A stretch of DNA of 32,000 nucleotides, taken from the sequence record MF385003.1; one strand, given 5' to 3'. The position numbers and the translations under genes were made by a program. Of the stretch, positions 21,873-32,000 are shown piece by piece (within the stretch, counting starts at the first letter, position 1; the number at the start of each line of letters is the position of its first letter). Under the pieces are notes generated by a model. It saw only the letters and a list, made by a program, of their open reading frames with translations, was not told where the DNA came from and searched no databases.

Positions 21873-21902
21873 TGTACTATATATAAATGTACTATATATA
21901 AA
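21873..21902 (+). repeat. Exact 15-bp tandem duplication (tgtactatatataaa x2) ending 22 nt upstream of the psaD ATG
   Basis: Read directly from the sequence: 21873-21887 is identical to 21888-21902. It produces the [10 protein letters not shown] repeat in the spurious 5' extension of the track ORF. Confidence 0.9.
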
Positions 21903-21924
21903 CTTTTTTTACTTAATATTGGTA

Positions 21925-22350
21925 ATGCCAGATACAATTAACTTAAATATGCCTTCCCCAACATTTGGCGGAAGCACTGGCGGTTGGTTAAGGGCCGCAG
22001 AAGTGGAAGAAAAGTATGCAATAACTTGGACGGGCAAAAATGAAAGTAAATTCGAAATGCCAACCGGCGGCACTGCAACAATGAGAGACGGAGAAAATTT
22101 GCTATATTTAGCCAAAAAAGAGCAGTGTTTGGCCTTAGGTACTCAATTAAAAGGAAAATTCAAAATTTCTGATTATAAGATTTACAGAGTTTTTCCAAAT
22201 GGGGAAGTACAATATTTACATCCTAAAGATGGGGTATTTCCTGAAAAAGTTAACGCAGGTAGAGATAGCATCAATAGTGTTGACCATTCTATTGGAAAAA
22301 ACGTTAATCCTGTAAATGTTAAGTTTACTAATAAAGCAACATACGACTAA
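21925..22350 (+). CDS. psaD: Photosystem I reaction centre subunit II (PsaD)
   Basis: Homology begins at [35 protein letters not shown]... (141 aa). The 61 upstream in-frame codons of the track ORF are low-complexity AT-rich spacer. Confidence 0.93.
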   Translation: MPDTINLNMPSPTFGGSTGGWLRAAEVEEKYAITWTGKNESKFEMPTGGTATMRDGENLLYLAKKEQCLALGTQLKGKFKISDYKIYRVFPNGEVQYLHPKDGVFPEKVNAGRDSINSVDHSIGKNVNPVNVKFTNKATYD

Positions 22351-22358
22351 CTAATATG

Positions 22359-22397
22359 AAACCTAGACATACAATAACTTTTATATAGTCTAGGTTT
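22359..22397 (+). terminator. Stem-loop immediately after psaD
   Basis: 10-bp perfect stem aaacctagac (22359-22368) / gtctaggttt (22388-22397) with a 19-nt loop, followed by a T run. Confidence 0.45.
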
Positions 22398-22420
22398 TTG
22401 ATAATATATATTATCAGCAT

Positions 22421-22507
22421 GGAAGGGTGGCCGAGTGGTTGAAGGCGTCTGATTTGAAATCAGTTGAACCGATTACGGTTCCGTGGGTTCGAATCCCACC
22501 CTTTCCG
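22421..22507 (+). tRNA. trnS: tRNA-Ser (anticodon UGA), class II with long variable arm
   Basis: 87 nt. Acceptor GGAAGGG/CCUUUCC has one G-U pair. The D stem is 3 bp and the anticodon loop is UUUGAAA. The variable arm has a 6-bp stem gaaccg/cggttc. The T arm is GTGGG-TTCGAAT-CCCAC and the discriminator is G. Confidence 0.93.
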
Positions 22508-22553
22508 TTACATATCTGTTATATAAGAGACGGCTTAATTATTCATTAAAAAA

Positions 22554-22808
22554 TTATACACTAATAGTGTTTAGCTTTGATTTAATGAAATCTACAACCT
22601 CTGAAAGATTCGAAATTTTTTCTGCATCTTCATCAGGTATCTCAATTGCAAACTTTTCTTCAATTGCCATTACTAATTCTACTGTATCTAAAGAGTCAGC
22701 TCCAAGGTCACTTGAAAAATTAGCTTCTCTAGTAACAATTGTCTTTTCAATTCCAAGTTGTTCTGCTACAATGTCTTGAACTTTTTCAAAAATTTCATTA
22801 TCTTGCAT
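22554..22808 (-). CDS. acpP: Acyl carrier protein
   Basis: 84-aa protein from ATG 22808: [20 protein letters not shown]...[19 protein letters not shown] with the phosphopantetheine-attachment DSLD motif. The track ORF is over-extended 5' into the ycf45 3' end. Confidence 0.93.
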   Translation of the reverse strand: MQDNEIFEKVQDIVAEQLGIEKTIVTREANFSSDLGADSLDTVELVMAIEEKFAIEIPDEDAEKISNLSEVVDFIKSKLNTISV

Positions 22809-22917
22809 AATATATTGTTTCCTAAAGTTTGTGTAAAAAATTTTACTCCCCCTTGCTGCTAACCTTATATAAGTTAGTAGACTGGGCTCAAAATTCAAAT
22901 ATTTATATGATATACTA

Positions 22918-24615
22918 TTATTCTGGATAAATGCGAAGTTTACGATAGGGCTCTTCTCCAAAGCTACGAGCTCTCAACTGATAATTGTCAACTAAATTAT
23001 GCTGCATTTTTCGGATGTAAGCTGATCGTGGCATTAATTGAACTATTGAATTTTCATTTAAGATAATAGTTTCTATTGCTAGTTTAGCTTCTTGAAGAGC
23101 TTGAATCTCATAAAACTTTTTACTTTTACAAAGTTCTACCCAATTAAGATCAGAAGAAATATTGATATTTAATATCTTTCTTAGTGCACGTGTAATTTGT
23201 GGTACCGTACTATTTTGAATCGTATAAATAATAAGTTGCCTTGATTTTGCAATTTGTCTTAGTTTTGCATTTTGTTTGACTTGACTACGTAAGGCTAAAA
23301 TAGCATCTGACTTTTCAAGCTCTTTTGTTAGAATAATTGGCAGATCTAAAGAAGAGATGACAGATGCAATATGCTGCCAACTTAAAGAATAAGCATATAA
23401 ATATTGAATCGATGCTTCTACTGGAAAAGACTGATTATTAATATTTATAGGAGTATTAATACTAGTTGATAATAAAGATGTATCACGATTTTCTAATTTA
23501 TTCAAATCAGAAGTTTTATCTTTTACTTCTTTTTGATGCCAAACATGAGTTTTCTGCTTCAAGCTACTCATTTTTTGAGGTCTTAAAAAATTTGTAGATA
23601 GCACTTCTATGGAATGCGAGGGGTAACACTTAATCAAAATGCGGCCATTATCTTGAATTTGTCGCTTTTGGACAAAAGGCTGATGACCTTGTAAAATTTG
23701 ATCTATGGTTTGTTCAACTTTATCATGGACTATCCAAACTTTTCTATCATGTATTTCAATTGCAATTTGAAATGCAGGTGCAGCTTTTCTTTCTAATATA
23801 CTTTTCTGAGTGCCTCTTCTTTTAGCTTCATCATCACCTAAGGTAACATACTGAATGCCGCCAATAAGATCTGCTAATGTAGGATTTTTAATAAGGCTTT
23901 CTAAATGATTTCCATGGGCAGTACCTACTAGTTGAACTCCTCTTTCTGCGATAGTTCGAGCTGCTAACGCCTCTAACTCTGTACCAATCTCATCAATAAT
24001 AATAACTTCAGGCATATGATTTTCTACCGCTTCTATCATTACTTGATGCTGTAAATCGGGTCGAGCTACTTGCATTCTTCGAGCTCGACCTATAGCTGGA
24101 TGCGGAATATCACCGTCACCTGCTATTTCATTAGACGTATCTATAATCACAACTCTTTTTTCCATTTCATCTGCCAAAACTCTTGCTATTTCTCTAACTG
24201 CTGTTGTTTTACCTACACCGGGTTTTCCTAATAATAAAATTGAATCACCTTGTTCTAATAAATCTCTGATAATACTAATGGTGCCAAACACCGCTCGGCC
24301 AACACGGCACGTCAAGCCTATAATGCTACCTTCCCTATTACGCATTGAACTAATGCGGTGTAAAGTTTTTTCAATGCCTGCTCTGTTATCACCACTAAAA
24401 TTCCCGACCTTCTTCACACAATAATCTAAATCCTGCCAACTGATAGACCTTTGAGATAAATATTCTGGGTTTCCTGGAAATCTGGCTTCTGGGCGACGAC
24501 CTAAATCCATAACAACTTCTATTAAATTTTTCCTATTAGAATGCTGCTTCAAAGGTTCTCGAACAAAGTTAGGTAAAATTTCTAATAATTTTTCTAAGTC
24601 GTCAGCAATAAGCAT
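22918..24615 (-). CDS. ycf45: Ycf45: P-loop (SpoIIIAA-like AAA) ATPase with C-terminal R3H domain
   Basis: 565-aa ORF with Walker [13 protein letters not shown] (nt about 24202-24228) and Walker [10 protein letters not shown]. The C-terminus [39 protein letters not shown] has the R-x3-H plus GEEP.R pattern of R3H domains. Confidence 0.88.
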   Translation of the reverse strand: MLIADDLEKLLEILPNFVREPLKQHSNRKNLIEVVMDLGRRPEARFPGNPEYLSQRSISWQDLDYCVKKVGNFSGDNRAGIEKTLHRISSMRNREGSIIGLTCRVGRAVFGTISIIRDLLEQGDSILLLGKPGVGKTTAVREIARVLADEMEKRVVIIDTSNEIAGDGDIPHPAIGRARRMQVARPDLQHQVMIEAVENHMPEVIIIDEIGTELEALAARTIAERGVQLVGTAHGNHLESLIKNPTLADLIGGIQYVTLGDDEAKRRGTQKSILERKAAPAFQIAIEIHDRKVWIVHDKVEQTIDQILQGHQPFVQKRQIQDNGRILIKCYPSHSIEVLSTNFLRPQKMSSLKQKTHVWHQKEVKDKTSDLNKLENRDTSLLSTSINTPININNQSFPVEASIQYLYAYSLSWQHIASVISSLDLPIILTKELEKSDAILALRSQVKQNAKLRQIAKSRQLIIYTIQNSTVPQITRALRKILNINISSDLNWVELCKSKKFYEIQALQEAKLAIETIILNENSIVQLMPRSAYIRKMQHNLVDNYQLRARSFGEEPYRKLRIYPE

Positions 24616-24788
24616 GATCCAATATATAATAATTAGTTAATCAATTAAATGATCTAATATTCTAGAAAGAATACTAGATAATAATATTATGTTTTATATT
24701 TATTTTACACAAAAAGATATCTTATTATTAAGATTGTACTGAATATTAAATAATAAATAGATTGGTCAAAATACATAGTCATGTTAAT

Positions 24789-24986
24789 ATGCTTATTGGA
24801 CAAAAAGTTCAAATTAAGTATAGTAAAAACAAAATAGCTAATGATATGGCTGTTAAAGTTGGTGATATAGGAGTTATTAGAGGGACAAAATTTATAAATA
24901 ATCAATGCGTCACAATTATTGTAGAATTCGAGAATCATACAAGGCTGTGGATGTTCCGTGAAGAGCTAATCTGTCTGAATAAATAA
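24789..24986 (+). CDS. Unassigned small ORF (65 aa), probable conserved hypothetical protein
   Basis: First ATG of a track ORF that starts at TTG 24762. The product is [65 protein letters not shown]. Composition is balanced and non-repetitive, and the DNA looks less AT-biased than its flanks. The opposite-strand ORF (24705-24938) is low-complexity. I recognise no known family with confidence. Confidence 0.5.
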   Translation: MLIGQKVQIKYSKNKIANDMAVKVGDIGVIRGTKFINNQCVTIIVEFENHTRLWMFREELICLNK

Positions 24987-25056
24987 ATTATTAAAAATAA
25001 AGACAAAATTTTTATCCATTGTTAAAGCAATTTATTTCATAGGAGTATTTTTAGTT

Positions 25057-25530
25057 GTGCAAATTACTATTAAAGATTTACAAGATTTACTTTCTTCCGT
25101 ACAAAGAAAAAAAATACAGACACTAAAACTAAAACAAAATAAGTTTGAGATTATATTAAACAAGCCATCCAAAAAAGTTCCTCAAGAAGTTTTGCCATCA
25201 AACAGTTCTTCTATCTTTAAGTCAATTCAGTCTAATACCATCAACATCTCGCCTAAAAAAACTAGAAGTATAAATAACAAAGCTGTCATAAATTATGCAA
25301 CTATAGTTTCACCAATGGTGGGTACTTTTTATCAATCACCAGCTCCTGGTGAAAGGATTTTTGTGCGAGTAGGTGATGAAGTAAAGTGCAACCAAACGGT
25401 CTGCATTATTGAGGCTATGAAATTAATGAATGAAATTGAAGCTGAAATTGAGGGAACAATTATTGAAATCTTAGTTAAAGATGGTGATATAGTAGATTGT
25501 GGTCAAGCTTTGATGAAAGTTGAAACTTAA
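25057..25530 (+). CDS. accB: Biotin carboxyl carrier protein of acetyl-CoA carboxylase
   Basis: 157-aa ORF with the biotinylation motif [12 protein letters not shown] in a C-terminal biotinyl/lipoyl domain. The start codon is GTG (25057-25059), with AGGAG at 25041-25045. There is no in-frame ATG before the conserved domain. Confidence 0.92.
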   Translation: MQITIKDLQDLLSSVQRKKIQTLKLKQNKFEIILNKPSKKVPQEVLPSNSSSIFKSIQSNTINISPKKTRSINNKAVINYATIVSPMVGTFYQSPAPGERIFVRVGDEVKCNQTVCIIEAMKLMNEIEAEIEGTIIEILVKDGDIVDCGQALMKVET

Positions 25531-25714
25531 TGAAAATTCTTCCATTTTACATATTATTAACAGAAATTATTTAGATAGAGAATTTAGCTTATAATGTAAT
25601 TATAAAAACTTATTTCCTAAAGGCACAAAAATCTAAACAGTAAAATTATTAGATTTATCTGTCAATCATAGAAATAAGCGTTTTGATTCCTTGTCTCAAG
25701 AGAGGAGAATCTCA

Positions 25715-27973
25715 ATGGCAATTAGCTCAAAAGAGCAAGAGACAAAGAAGGTAAAAATCTCGGTTGATAAAAATCCCGTAGATACTTCTTTTGAAAAATG
25801 GGCCAAACCTGGTCATTTTTCTCGTACACTAGCAAAAGGACCAAAAACTACTACTTGGATTTGGAATCTTCATGCTGATGCTCACGACTTCGATAGTCAA
25901 ACCAGTTCTTTAGAAGAAGTTTCACGCAAAATATTTAGTGCTCACTTTGGCCAACTTGCGGTAATCTTTTTATGGTTAAGTGGAATGTACTTCCACGGAG
26001 CCCGCTTCTCTAACTATATTGCTTGGCTAAGTAATCCAACTGGCATCAAACCAAGTGCACAAGTTGTTTGGCCTATAGTGGGTCAAGAAATTTTGAACGG
26101 AGATGTAGGTGGAGGGTTTCAAGGTGTACAAGTTACATCAGGATGGTTTCAATTATGGAGAGCTTCTGGAATTACCACTGAATTCCAACTTTACTGTACT
26201 GCTATAGGTGGTTTAGTAATGGCTGCTTTAATGCTGTTTGCCGGATGGTTTCATTATCACAAGGCTGCTCCAAAACTAGAATGGTTTCAAAATGTTGAAT
26301 CCATGATGAATCATCATTTAGCTGGCCTTTTAGGCTTAGGCTGTCTAGGATGGGCAGGACATCAAGTCCACCTATCATTACCTATTAACAAACTACTGGA
26401 TTCAGGCGTTTCTCCTCAAGAAATACCATTGCCTCATGAGTTTTTAATCAACAGAGAACTTATGGCACAACTATATCCGAGTTTTAGTAAAGGACTGGTA
26501 CCTTTCTTCACTTTAAATTGGGCTGAATACTCTGATTTTCTAACTTTCAAAGGAGGCCTCAACCCTGTTACTGGAGGTTTATGGTTAAGTGATACTGCTC
26601 ATCATCATTTAGCACTTGCAGTGCTATTTCTTGCTGCTGGTCATATGTATAGGACTAATTGGGGGATTGGACATAGCATGAAAGAAATTTTAGAAGCTCA
26701 TAAAGGTCCTTTTACTGGAAACGGTCACGAAGGATTATATGAAATTTTAACAACTTCCTGGCATGCTCAACTTGCTATTAACTTAGCAATGATGGGGTCC
26801 TTAAGCATAATTGTAGCACATCACATGTATGCGATGCCTCCTTACCCTTATATTGCAACCGATTATCCTACTCAGTTATCACTATTTACTCATCATATGT
26901 GGATTGGGGGATTCTGTGTAGTTGGCGCTGGAGCACACGCATCCATTTTTATGGTTAGAGATTATAATCCAGCTGAAAACTACAACAATTTATTAGATCG
27001 AGTTATTAGACATCGGGATGCAATTGTTTCTCATTTAAATTGGGTGTGCATATTCCTTGGGTTCCACTCTTTTGGTCTTTATATTCATAATGATACTATG
27101 AGAGCACTAGGAAGATCTCAAGATATGTTCTCAGATACAGCAATCCAATTACAGCCAATCTTTGCTCAGTGGGTTCAAGGTATACACACTTTAGCACCTG
27201 GTAATACAGCTCCAAATGCTCTAGCTACAGCTAGCTATGCATTTGGGGGAGAAGTTGTTTCTGTGGGAAATAAAGTAGCGATGATGCCTATCTCTTTGGG
27301 AACTGCTGATTTTATGGTTCATCATATACATGCATTTACTATTCATGTAACTGTTCTTATTTTAGTTAAGGGATTCCTTTTCTCAAGAAATTCTCGCTTA
27401 ATTCCTGATAAAGCAAACCTTGGATTTAGATTTCCATGCGATGGACCTGGTAGAGGTGGTACTTGCCAAGTATCCGGATGGGATCATGTTTTCTTAGGTT
27501 TATTCTGGATGTACAATTCTCTTTCTGTGGCAATCTTTCACTTTAGTTGGAAAATGCAGTCAGATGTTTGGGGTAGTGTATCTCCATCTGGCAATGTATC
27601 TCATATTACCGGTGGAAATTTTGCACAAAGTGCAATCACGATCAACGGCTGGCTAAGAGATTTTCTGTGGGCTCAAGCTTCTCAAGTTATTCAATCATAC
27701 GGATCTGCGTTATCTGCATATGGACTAATATTCTTAGCGGCACATTTTGTATGGGCATTTAGTCTAATGTTCTTATTCAGCGGTAGAGGTTATTGGCAAG
27801 AGTTAATTGAATCTATAGTCTGGGCACATAATAAAATAAAGGTTGCTCCGGCAATTCAGCCAAGAGCTTTAAGTATTACTCAGGGTCGGGCTGTTGGTGT
27901 TGCACACTATCTATTAGGTGGCATTGGTACAACGTGGGCATTCTTTTTAGCAAGAATTATTTCAGTAGGCTAA
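25715..27973 (+). CDS. psaA: Photosystem I P700 chlorophyll a apoprotein A1
   Basis: 752 aa from ATG 25715 ([39 protein letters not shown]...), with the [12 protein letters not shown] Fe-S(X) loop. GAGGAG lies 8-13 nt upstream. The track start at TTG 25691 was rejected by homology. Confidence 0.98.
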   Translation: MAISSKEQETKKVKISVDKNPVDTSFEKWAKPGHFSRTLAKGPKTTTWIWNLHADAHDFDSQTSSLEEVSRKIFSAHFGQLAVIFLWLSGMYFHGARFSNYIAWLSNPTGIKPSAQVVWPIVGQEILNGDVGGGFQGVQVTSGWFQLWRASGITTEFQLYCTAIGGLVMAALMLFAGWFHYHKAAPKLEWFQNVESMMNHHLAGLLGLGCLGWAGHQVHLSLPINKLLDSGVSPQEIPLPHEFLINRELMAQLYPSFSKGLVPFFTLNWAEYSDFLTFKGGLNPVTGGLWLSDTAHHHLALAVLFLAAGHMYRTNWGIGHSMKEILEAHKGPFTGNGHEGLYEILTTSWHAQLAINLAMMGSLSIIVAHHMYAMPPYPYIATDYPTQLSLFTHHMWIGGFCVVGAGAHASIFMVRDYNPAENYNNLLDRVIRHRDAIVSHLNWVCIFLGFHSFGLYIHNDTMRALGRSQDMFSDTAIQLQPIFAQWVQGIHTLAPGNTAPNALATASYAFGGEVVSVGNKVAMMPISLGTADFMVHHIHAFTIHVTVLILVKGFLFSRNSRLIPDKANLGFRFPCDGPGRGGTCQVSGWDHVFLGLFWMYNSLSVAIFHFSWKMQSDVWGSVSPSGNVSHITGGNFAQSAITINGWLRDFLWAQASQVIQSYGSALSAYGLIFLAAHFVWAFSLMFLFSGRGYWQELIESIVWAHNKIKVAPAIQPRALSITQGRAVGVAHYLLGGIGTTWAFFLARIISVG

Positions 27974-28000
27974 TATTGAAAATAGGATAAAAAAACAATT

Positions 28001-30205
28001 ATGGCAACAAAATTTCCTAAGTTTAGCCAAGCTTTATCACAAGATCCAACAACTCGAAGGATTTGGTATGGTATCGCTACGGCGCATGACTTTGAAAGTC
28101 ATGATGGCATGACAGAAGAAAATTTATATCAGAAGATTTTCGCTTCTCATTTTGGACATTTAGCAATTATCTTTTTATGGACCTCTGGAAATCTATTCCA
28201 TGTAGCATGGCAAGGCAATTTTGAACAATGGGTGTTAAATCCTTTAAAAGTGAAGCCAATTGCTCACGCAATTTGGGATCCACATTTTGGACAACCAGCT
28301 CTTAAAGCATTCAGTAAGGGTGGATCAGCTTATCCAGTTAATATTGCATACTCAGGTGTATATCATTGGTGGTATACAATCGGCATGAGAACTAATCAAG
28401 ACCTGTATACAGGAGCTTTATTCTTATTAGTCTTATCTGCTGTATTATTATTTGGTGGGTGGCTACATCTGCAACCAAAATTTAAACCAGGGCTATCTTG
28501 GTTTAAAAATAATGAATCAAGATTAAATCATCATTTATCTGGATTGTTTGGTGTTAGTTCTTTAGCTTGGACAGGACACTTAGTACATGTTGCTATACCT
28601 GAATCTAGAGGTCAACATGTAGGATGGGATAATTTCACAACTGTTTTACCTCACCCAGCTGGATTACAACCATTTTTTAGCGGTAATTGGAGCGTATATG
28701 CTCAAAATCCAGATACAGCTCAACAGCTATTTGGTACCAATGAAGGTGCAGGAACAGCTATTTTAACATTTCTAGGAGGATTTCATCCTCAAAGTCAATC
28801 TCTATGGCTAACTGATATGGCTCATCATCACTTAGCTATTGCAGTAGTCTTTATTGTTGCTGGGCATATGTATAGAACAAATTGGGGTATTGGGCATAAT
28901 CTAAAAGATATTCTAGATGCTCACAGACCTCCTAGTGGTAGATTAGGCGCAGGGCACAAAGGACTATTTGATACCATCACTAATTCATTACACATGCAGT
29001 TAGGATTAGCACTAGCTGCTCTTGGCGTGATTACTTCTTTAGTAGCTCAACATATGTATGCTATGCCACCATATGCTTTCATGGCTAAAGATTTTACAAC
29101 TCAAGCTTCTTTATACACTCATCACCAGTATATCGCGGGATTTTTAATGGTAGGTGCATTTGCACACGGCGCTATATTTTTTGTTAGAGATTACGATCCA
29201 GAACAAAATCAAGGGAATGTTCTTGCTCGCATGCTGGAGCACAAAGAAGCTATTATTTCACATCTTAGCTGGGTTACTTTATTCTTAGGATTCCACACAT
29301 TAGGTCTTTATGTTCATAATGACACAATGATTGCTTTCGGGACTCCTGAAAAGCAAATTTTAATTGAACCTGTATTTGCTCAATGGATTCAGGCTTCTTC
29401 AGGTAAAGCACTTTATGGATTCGATGTGCTACTATCGTCTTCCAGCAATATTGCTACACAAGCGGGGAGTAATATTTGGCTACCAGGTTGGCTAGAAGCT
29501 ATTAACAGTGGTAAAAATTCTCTTTTCTTAACAATTGGTCCTGGTGATTTCTTAGTTCACCACGCAATTGCTTTAGGATTACATACTACTGCATTAATTT
29601 TAGTCAAGGGAGCTTTAGATGCTAGGGGATCCAAGTTGATGCCAGATAAAAAAGATTTTGGTTATAGCTTTCCTTGTGATGGACCTGGGCGCGGTGGAAC
29701 CTGTGATATATCTGCGTGGGATGCATTCTACCTGGCAGTATTTTGGATGCTTAATACAATTGGCTGGGTAACTTTCTATTGGCATTGGAAGCATATAACT
29801 ATTTGGCAAGGAAATGCAACTCAATTTAATGAATCATCAACCTATTTGATGGGATGGTTTAGAGACTATTTATGGCTAAACTCTTCTCCATTGATTAATG
29901 GTTATAATCCCTATGGTATGAATAATTTATCTGTTTGGTCTTGGATGTTCCTGTTTGGACATTTAGTCTGGGCCACAGGATTTATGTTCTTGATATCCTG
30001 GCGTGGTTATTGGCAAGAATTAATAGAGACATTAGCATGGGCACATGAAAGAACACCTTTAGCTAACTTAATCCGATGGAAAGATAAACCAGTTGCACTA
30101 TCAATTGTGCAAGCAAGACTAGTTGGTTTAGCACATTTTTCTGTAGGATATGTACTTACTTATGCGGCCTTTGTACTGGCTTCAACTGCGGGAAAATTTG
30201 GTTAA
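28001..30205 (+). CDS. psaB: Photosystem I P700 chlorophyll a apoprotein A2
   Basis: 734-aa [38 protein letters not shown]... with the [12 protein letters not shown] loop. It starts 27 nt after psaA, consistent with an operon. Confidence 0.98.
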   Translation: MATKFPKFSQALSQDPTTRRIWYGIATAHDFESHDGMTEENLYQKIFASHFGHLAIIFLWTSGNLFHVAWQGNFEQWVLNPLKVKPIAHAIWDPHFGQPALKAFSKGGSAYPVNIAYSGVYHWWYTIGMRTNQDLYTGALFLLVLSAVLLFGGWLHLQPKFKPGLSWFKNNESRLNHHLSGLFGVSSLAWTGHLVHVAIPESRGQHVGWDNFTTVLPHPAGLQPFFSGNWSVYAQNPDTAQQLFGTNEGAGTAILTFLGGFHPQSQSLWLTDMAHHHLAIAVVFIVAGHMYRTNWGIGHNLKDILDAHRPPSGRLGAGHKGLFDTITNSLHMQLGLALAALGVITSLVAQHMYAMPPYAFMAKDFTTQASLYTHHQYIAGFLMVGAFAHGAIFFVRDYDPEQNQGNVLARMLEHKEAIISHLSWVTLFLGFHTLGLYVHNDTMIAFGTPEKQILIEPVFAQWIQASSGKALYGFDVLLSSSSNIATQAGSNIWLPGWLEAINSGKNSLFLTIGPGDFLVHHAIALGLHTTALILVKGALDARGSKLMPDKKDFGYSFPCDGPGRGGTCDISAWDAFYLAVFWMLNTIGWVTFYWHWKHITIWQGNATQFNESSTYLMGWFRDYLWLNSSPLINGYNPYGMNNLSVWSWMFLFGHLVWATGFMFLISWRGYWQELIETLAWAHERTPLANLIRWKDKPVALSIVQARLVGLAHFSVGYVLTYAAFVLASTAGKFG

Positions 30206-30222
30206 GTTAAGGTAATTTTTAA

Positions 30223-30274
30223 TTAATCAAAAAAGTCAGTCATAAAGTATTTTATGACTGACTTTTTTGATTAA
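30223..30274. terminator. 24-bp perfect stem-loop between convergent psaB and rps10
   Basis: ttaatcaaaaaagtcagtcataaa (30223-30246) / tttatgactgacttttttgattaa (30251-30274) with 4-nt loop gtat. Every pair was checked. A/T runs inside the stem make it symmetric in both directions. Confidence 0.7.
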
Positions 30275-30287
30275 ATTTCAAAGATTA

Positions 30288-30605
30288 TTAAAGCTTAACT
30301 TCTATATCTACTCCAGATGGGAGATTTAACTTCATTAATGCATCTATTGTTTGAGAAGAAGGTTGATGAATATCAATAATTCTTCTGTGAGACCTTATTT
30401 CAAAGTGTTCACGAGAATCTTTATCTACATGGGGAGAGCGTAGTACACAGTATATTCTTCGCTTTGTTGGCAGAGGAATTGGCCCTACTGCTATAGCATT
30501 CGTTCTTGCTGCTGTATCTACAATTTTTTTGCATGAAGTGTTAAGTAATCTAGAATTATAAGCTTTTAGCTTAATTCTGATTTTAGGTTGCTGAATGACT
30601 GTCAT
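30288..30605 (-). CDS. rps10: Ribosomal protein S10
   Basis: 105-aa ORF ...[24 protein letters not shown]...[24 protein letters not shown], the canonical S10 sequence. It starts 15 nt after the tufA stop. Confidence 0.96.
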   Translation of the reverse strand: MTVIQQPKIRIKLKAYNSRLLNTSCKKIVDTAARTNAIAVGPIPLPTKRRIYCVLRSPHVDKDSREHFEIRSHRRIIDIHQPSSQTIDALMKLNLPSGVDIEVKL

Positions 30606-30620
30606 ATTAAGAAAATCTTG

Positions 30621-31850
30621 CTATTTAAGAATTTTGGAAACAACACCTGCACCTACTGTTCTACCACCTTCTCTAATTGCGAATCGCATACCTTGCTCAA
30701 TTGCAATTGCATTAATTAGTTCAGCAGTCATTTTAATTCTGTCACCAGGCATAACCATTTCAGCATCTGTTCCATCATCAGCAGTAAACTGGTTGATAGT
30801 TCCAGTTACATCAGTAGTTCTAACATAAAATTGAGGTCTATATCCAGGGAAAAATGGCGTATGTCTTCCACCTTCTTCTTTAGTTAAAATATATACTTCT
30901 GCCTCAAATTGTGTGTGAGGCGTAATTGTACCAGGCTTAGCTAGAACCATACCTCTCTCAATGTCTTTCTTTTGAACTCCTCTTAAAAGGATTCCTATAT
31001 TATCTCCCGCCAACCCTTCTTCCAAAGTTTTTTGGAACATTTCTAACCCTGTAATAGTTGTTGTACGAGTTTCTCGTAGTCCTACAATTTCAATAGTATC
31101 TCCTACTTTGATGATACCTCTCTCTATTCTTCCAGTAGCAACAGTTCCTCTACCTGTAATTGAGAAAACATCTTCTACAGCCATTAGAAAAGTTTTATCA
31201 ACATCTCTTTCTGGTGTTGGAATATAAGTATCAACTGCTTCCATTAAAGAGAAAATTTTATCAACCCACTTATCCTCACCTTTTTGTATACCAGTGTTTT
31301 TTGTAACTGCTTCTAAAGCTAATAACGCAGAACCTGCTACAAATGGAATATCGTCACCGGGGAAATCATATTGACTTAAAAGCTCTCTTCCTTCAAGTTC
31401 TACAAGTTCTAATAATTCTTCATCATCTACTTGATCTTCTTTGTTTAGGAAAACTACTAGTGTTGGAACACCAACTTGTTTTGCCAAAAGAATATGCTCT
31501 CGAGTTTGTGGCATAGGACCATCTGCTGCAGATACTACTAGAATCGCACCATCCATTTGAGCAGCACCCGTAATCATATTTTTCACATAATCTGCGTGAC
31601 CTGGACAGTCAACATGTGCATAATGACGGTTATTTGTTTCATACTCAACATGAGCAGTATTGATAGTAATACCCCGAGCTTTTTCTTCTGGGGCAGCATC
31701 AATTTCATCAAATTTCTTGGCAGCAGTAGAGCCTAGCGTTGAAAGAGTTGCAGAAATTGCTGCTGTTAAAGTCGTTTTACCATGGTCAACATGACCAATT
31801 GTTCCAATGTTAACATGTGGTTTTTTACGTTCAAATTTAGAGCGAGCCAT
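30621..31850 (-). CDS. tufA: Elongation factor Tu
   Basis: 409-aa [31 protein letters not shown]..., with DCPGHADY and NKED, the canonical EF-Tu sequence. Confidence 0.98.
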   Translation of the reverse strand: MARSKFERKKPHVNIGTIGHVDHGKTTLTAAISATLSTLGSTAAKKFDEIDAAPEEKARGITINTAHVEYETNNRHYAHVDCPGHADYVKNMITGAAQMDGAILVVSAADGPMPQTREHILLAKQVGVPTLVVFLNKEDQVDDEELLELVELEGRELLSQYDFPGDDIPFVAGSALLALEAVTKNTGIQKGEDKWVDKIFSLMEAVDTYIPTPERDVDKTFLMAVEDVFSITGRGTVATGRIERGIIKVGDTIEIVGLRETRTTTITGLEMFQKTLEEGLAGDNIGILLRGVQKKDIERGMVLAKPGTITPHTQFEAEVYILTKEEGGRHTPFFPGYRPQFYVRTTDVTGTINQFTADDGTDAEMVMPGDRIKMTAELINAIAIEQGMRFAIREGGRTVGAGVVSKILK

Positions 31851-31954
31851 GTTTTTTAGTTTCCTTGTAGAAAAAATTGCTTTATAGTTACTTTTAACGA
31901 TAAATCTTAGTAATTTAAAGATTTATTACTTAATATAAACTAAATTTTAATTAG

Positions 31955-32000
31955 TTAATACCGATAATGAGCAAAGGCTTTATTAGCTTCTGCCATTCTG
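31955..32000 (-). CDS. rps7: Ribosomal protein S7, 3' end only (gene runs off the window)
   Basis: Minus-strand translation of the last 46 nt gives ...RMAEANKAFAHYRY*, the conserved S7 C-terminus. Its position upstream of tufA fits the str-operon order. Confidence 0.75.
   Translation of the reverse strand, partial: RMAEANKAFAHYRY

Noticed and set aside
21742-21924. 61-codon in-frame 5' extension of psaD in the ORF track
   Set aside because: The extension is spacer DNA containing the 15-bp tandem repeat ([10 protein letters not shown]). PsaD homology starts at Met 62.
21909-22115. 68-aa minus-strand ORF inside psaD
   Set aside because: It is antisense to the conserved PsaD N-terminal region.
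22483-22779. 98-aa plus-strand ORF overlapping the trnS 3' end and antisense to acpP
   Set aside because: It begins inside the tRNA gene and runs opposite the conserved acpP. Its serine-rich sequence reflects complementary codons.
22809-22961. 51-codon 5' extension of acpP overlapping the ycf45 3' end
   Set aside because: ACP homology starts at [10 protein letters not shown].... The extension would overlap ycf45 coding sequence and has no ACP-like or transit-like features.
24705-24938. 77-aa minus-strand ORF opposite ORF65
   Set aside because: Its highly biased I/N/F/Y low-complexity sequence contrasts with the balanced composition of the plus-strand ORF65, which I prefer.
25691-25714. TTG-initiated 8-codon extension of psaA
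   Set aside because: PsaA homologues begin at the ATG at 25715. The GAGGAG SD lies inside the putative extension.
25531-25714. Attempt to define a psaA promoter around the TATAAT at about 25598
   Set aside because: No acceptable -35 hexamer lies at 16-18 nt spacing. TATAAT-like strings are too frequent in this composition to call one on sequence alone.
29615-30828. Antisense ORFs 29615-29824 (inside psaB) and 30595-30828 (inside tufA)
   Set aside because: They lie opposite two of the most conserved genes in the window and are shadow ORFs.

Overview
This window is a gene-dense, AT-rich stretch of a red-algal plastid genome. Gene content, order and protein lengths match Bangiales-type plastids (Porphyra, Pyropia, Bangia). 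I support 32 protein-coding genes, one of them partial, plus 2 tRNAs. Photosynthesis genes are atpB-atpE, the phycobilisome core operon apcE-apcA-apcB, petA, petM, petN, psaD and psaA-psaB. Tetrapyrrole and redox genes are pbsA, ycf42 (peroxiredoxin), acsF and chlB. Carbon and lipid genes are pdhA-pdhB, accB, acpP and preA. Protein export genes are tatC and secG. Translation genes are infB, rpl35-rpl20, rps7-tufA-rps10, trnfM and trnS(UGA). The ycf genes are ycf3, ycf36 and ycf45. petM and petN are too short for the ORF track, so I translated them by hand. Several track ORFs start at TTG or GTG or are over-extended at the 5' end, and I trimmed them by homology (psaD, acpP, psaA, secG, acsF, apcE, ORF65). 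Convergent gene pairs are separated by perfect stem-loops; the strongest is a 24-bp stem between psaB and rps10. I see no rRNA, CRISPR array, transposase or IS, intron or pseudogene. I also see no convincing evidence of a new multi-gene system: this looks like conserved core plastid DNA. The parts with unknown function are ycf45 (P-loop ATPase with a C-terminal R3H nucleic-acid-binding domain), an adjacent unassigned 65-codon ORF upstream of accB, and the membrane protein ycf36. A few non-coding oddities are also worth a look: a 22-bp perfect palindrome upstream of petN and an exact 15-bp tandem duplication upstream of psaD.
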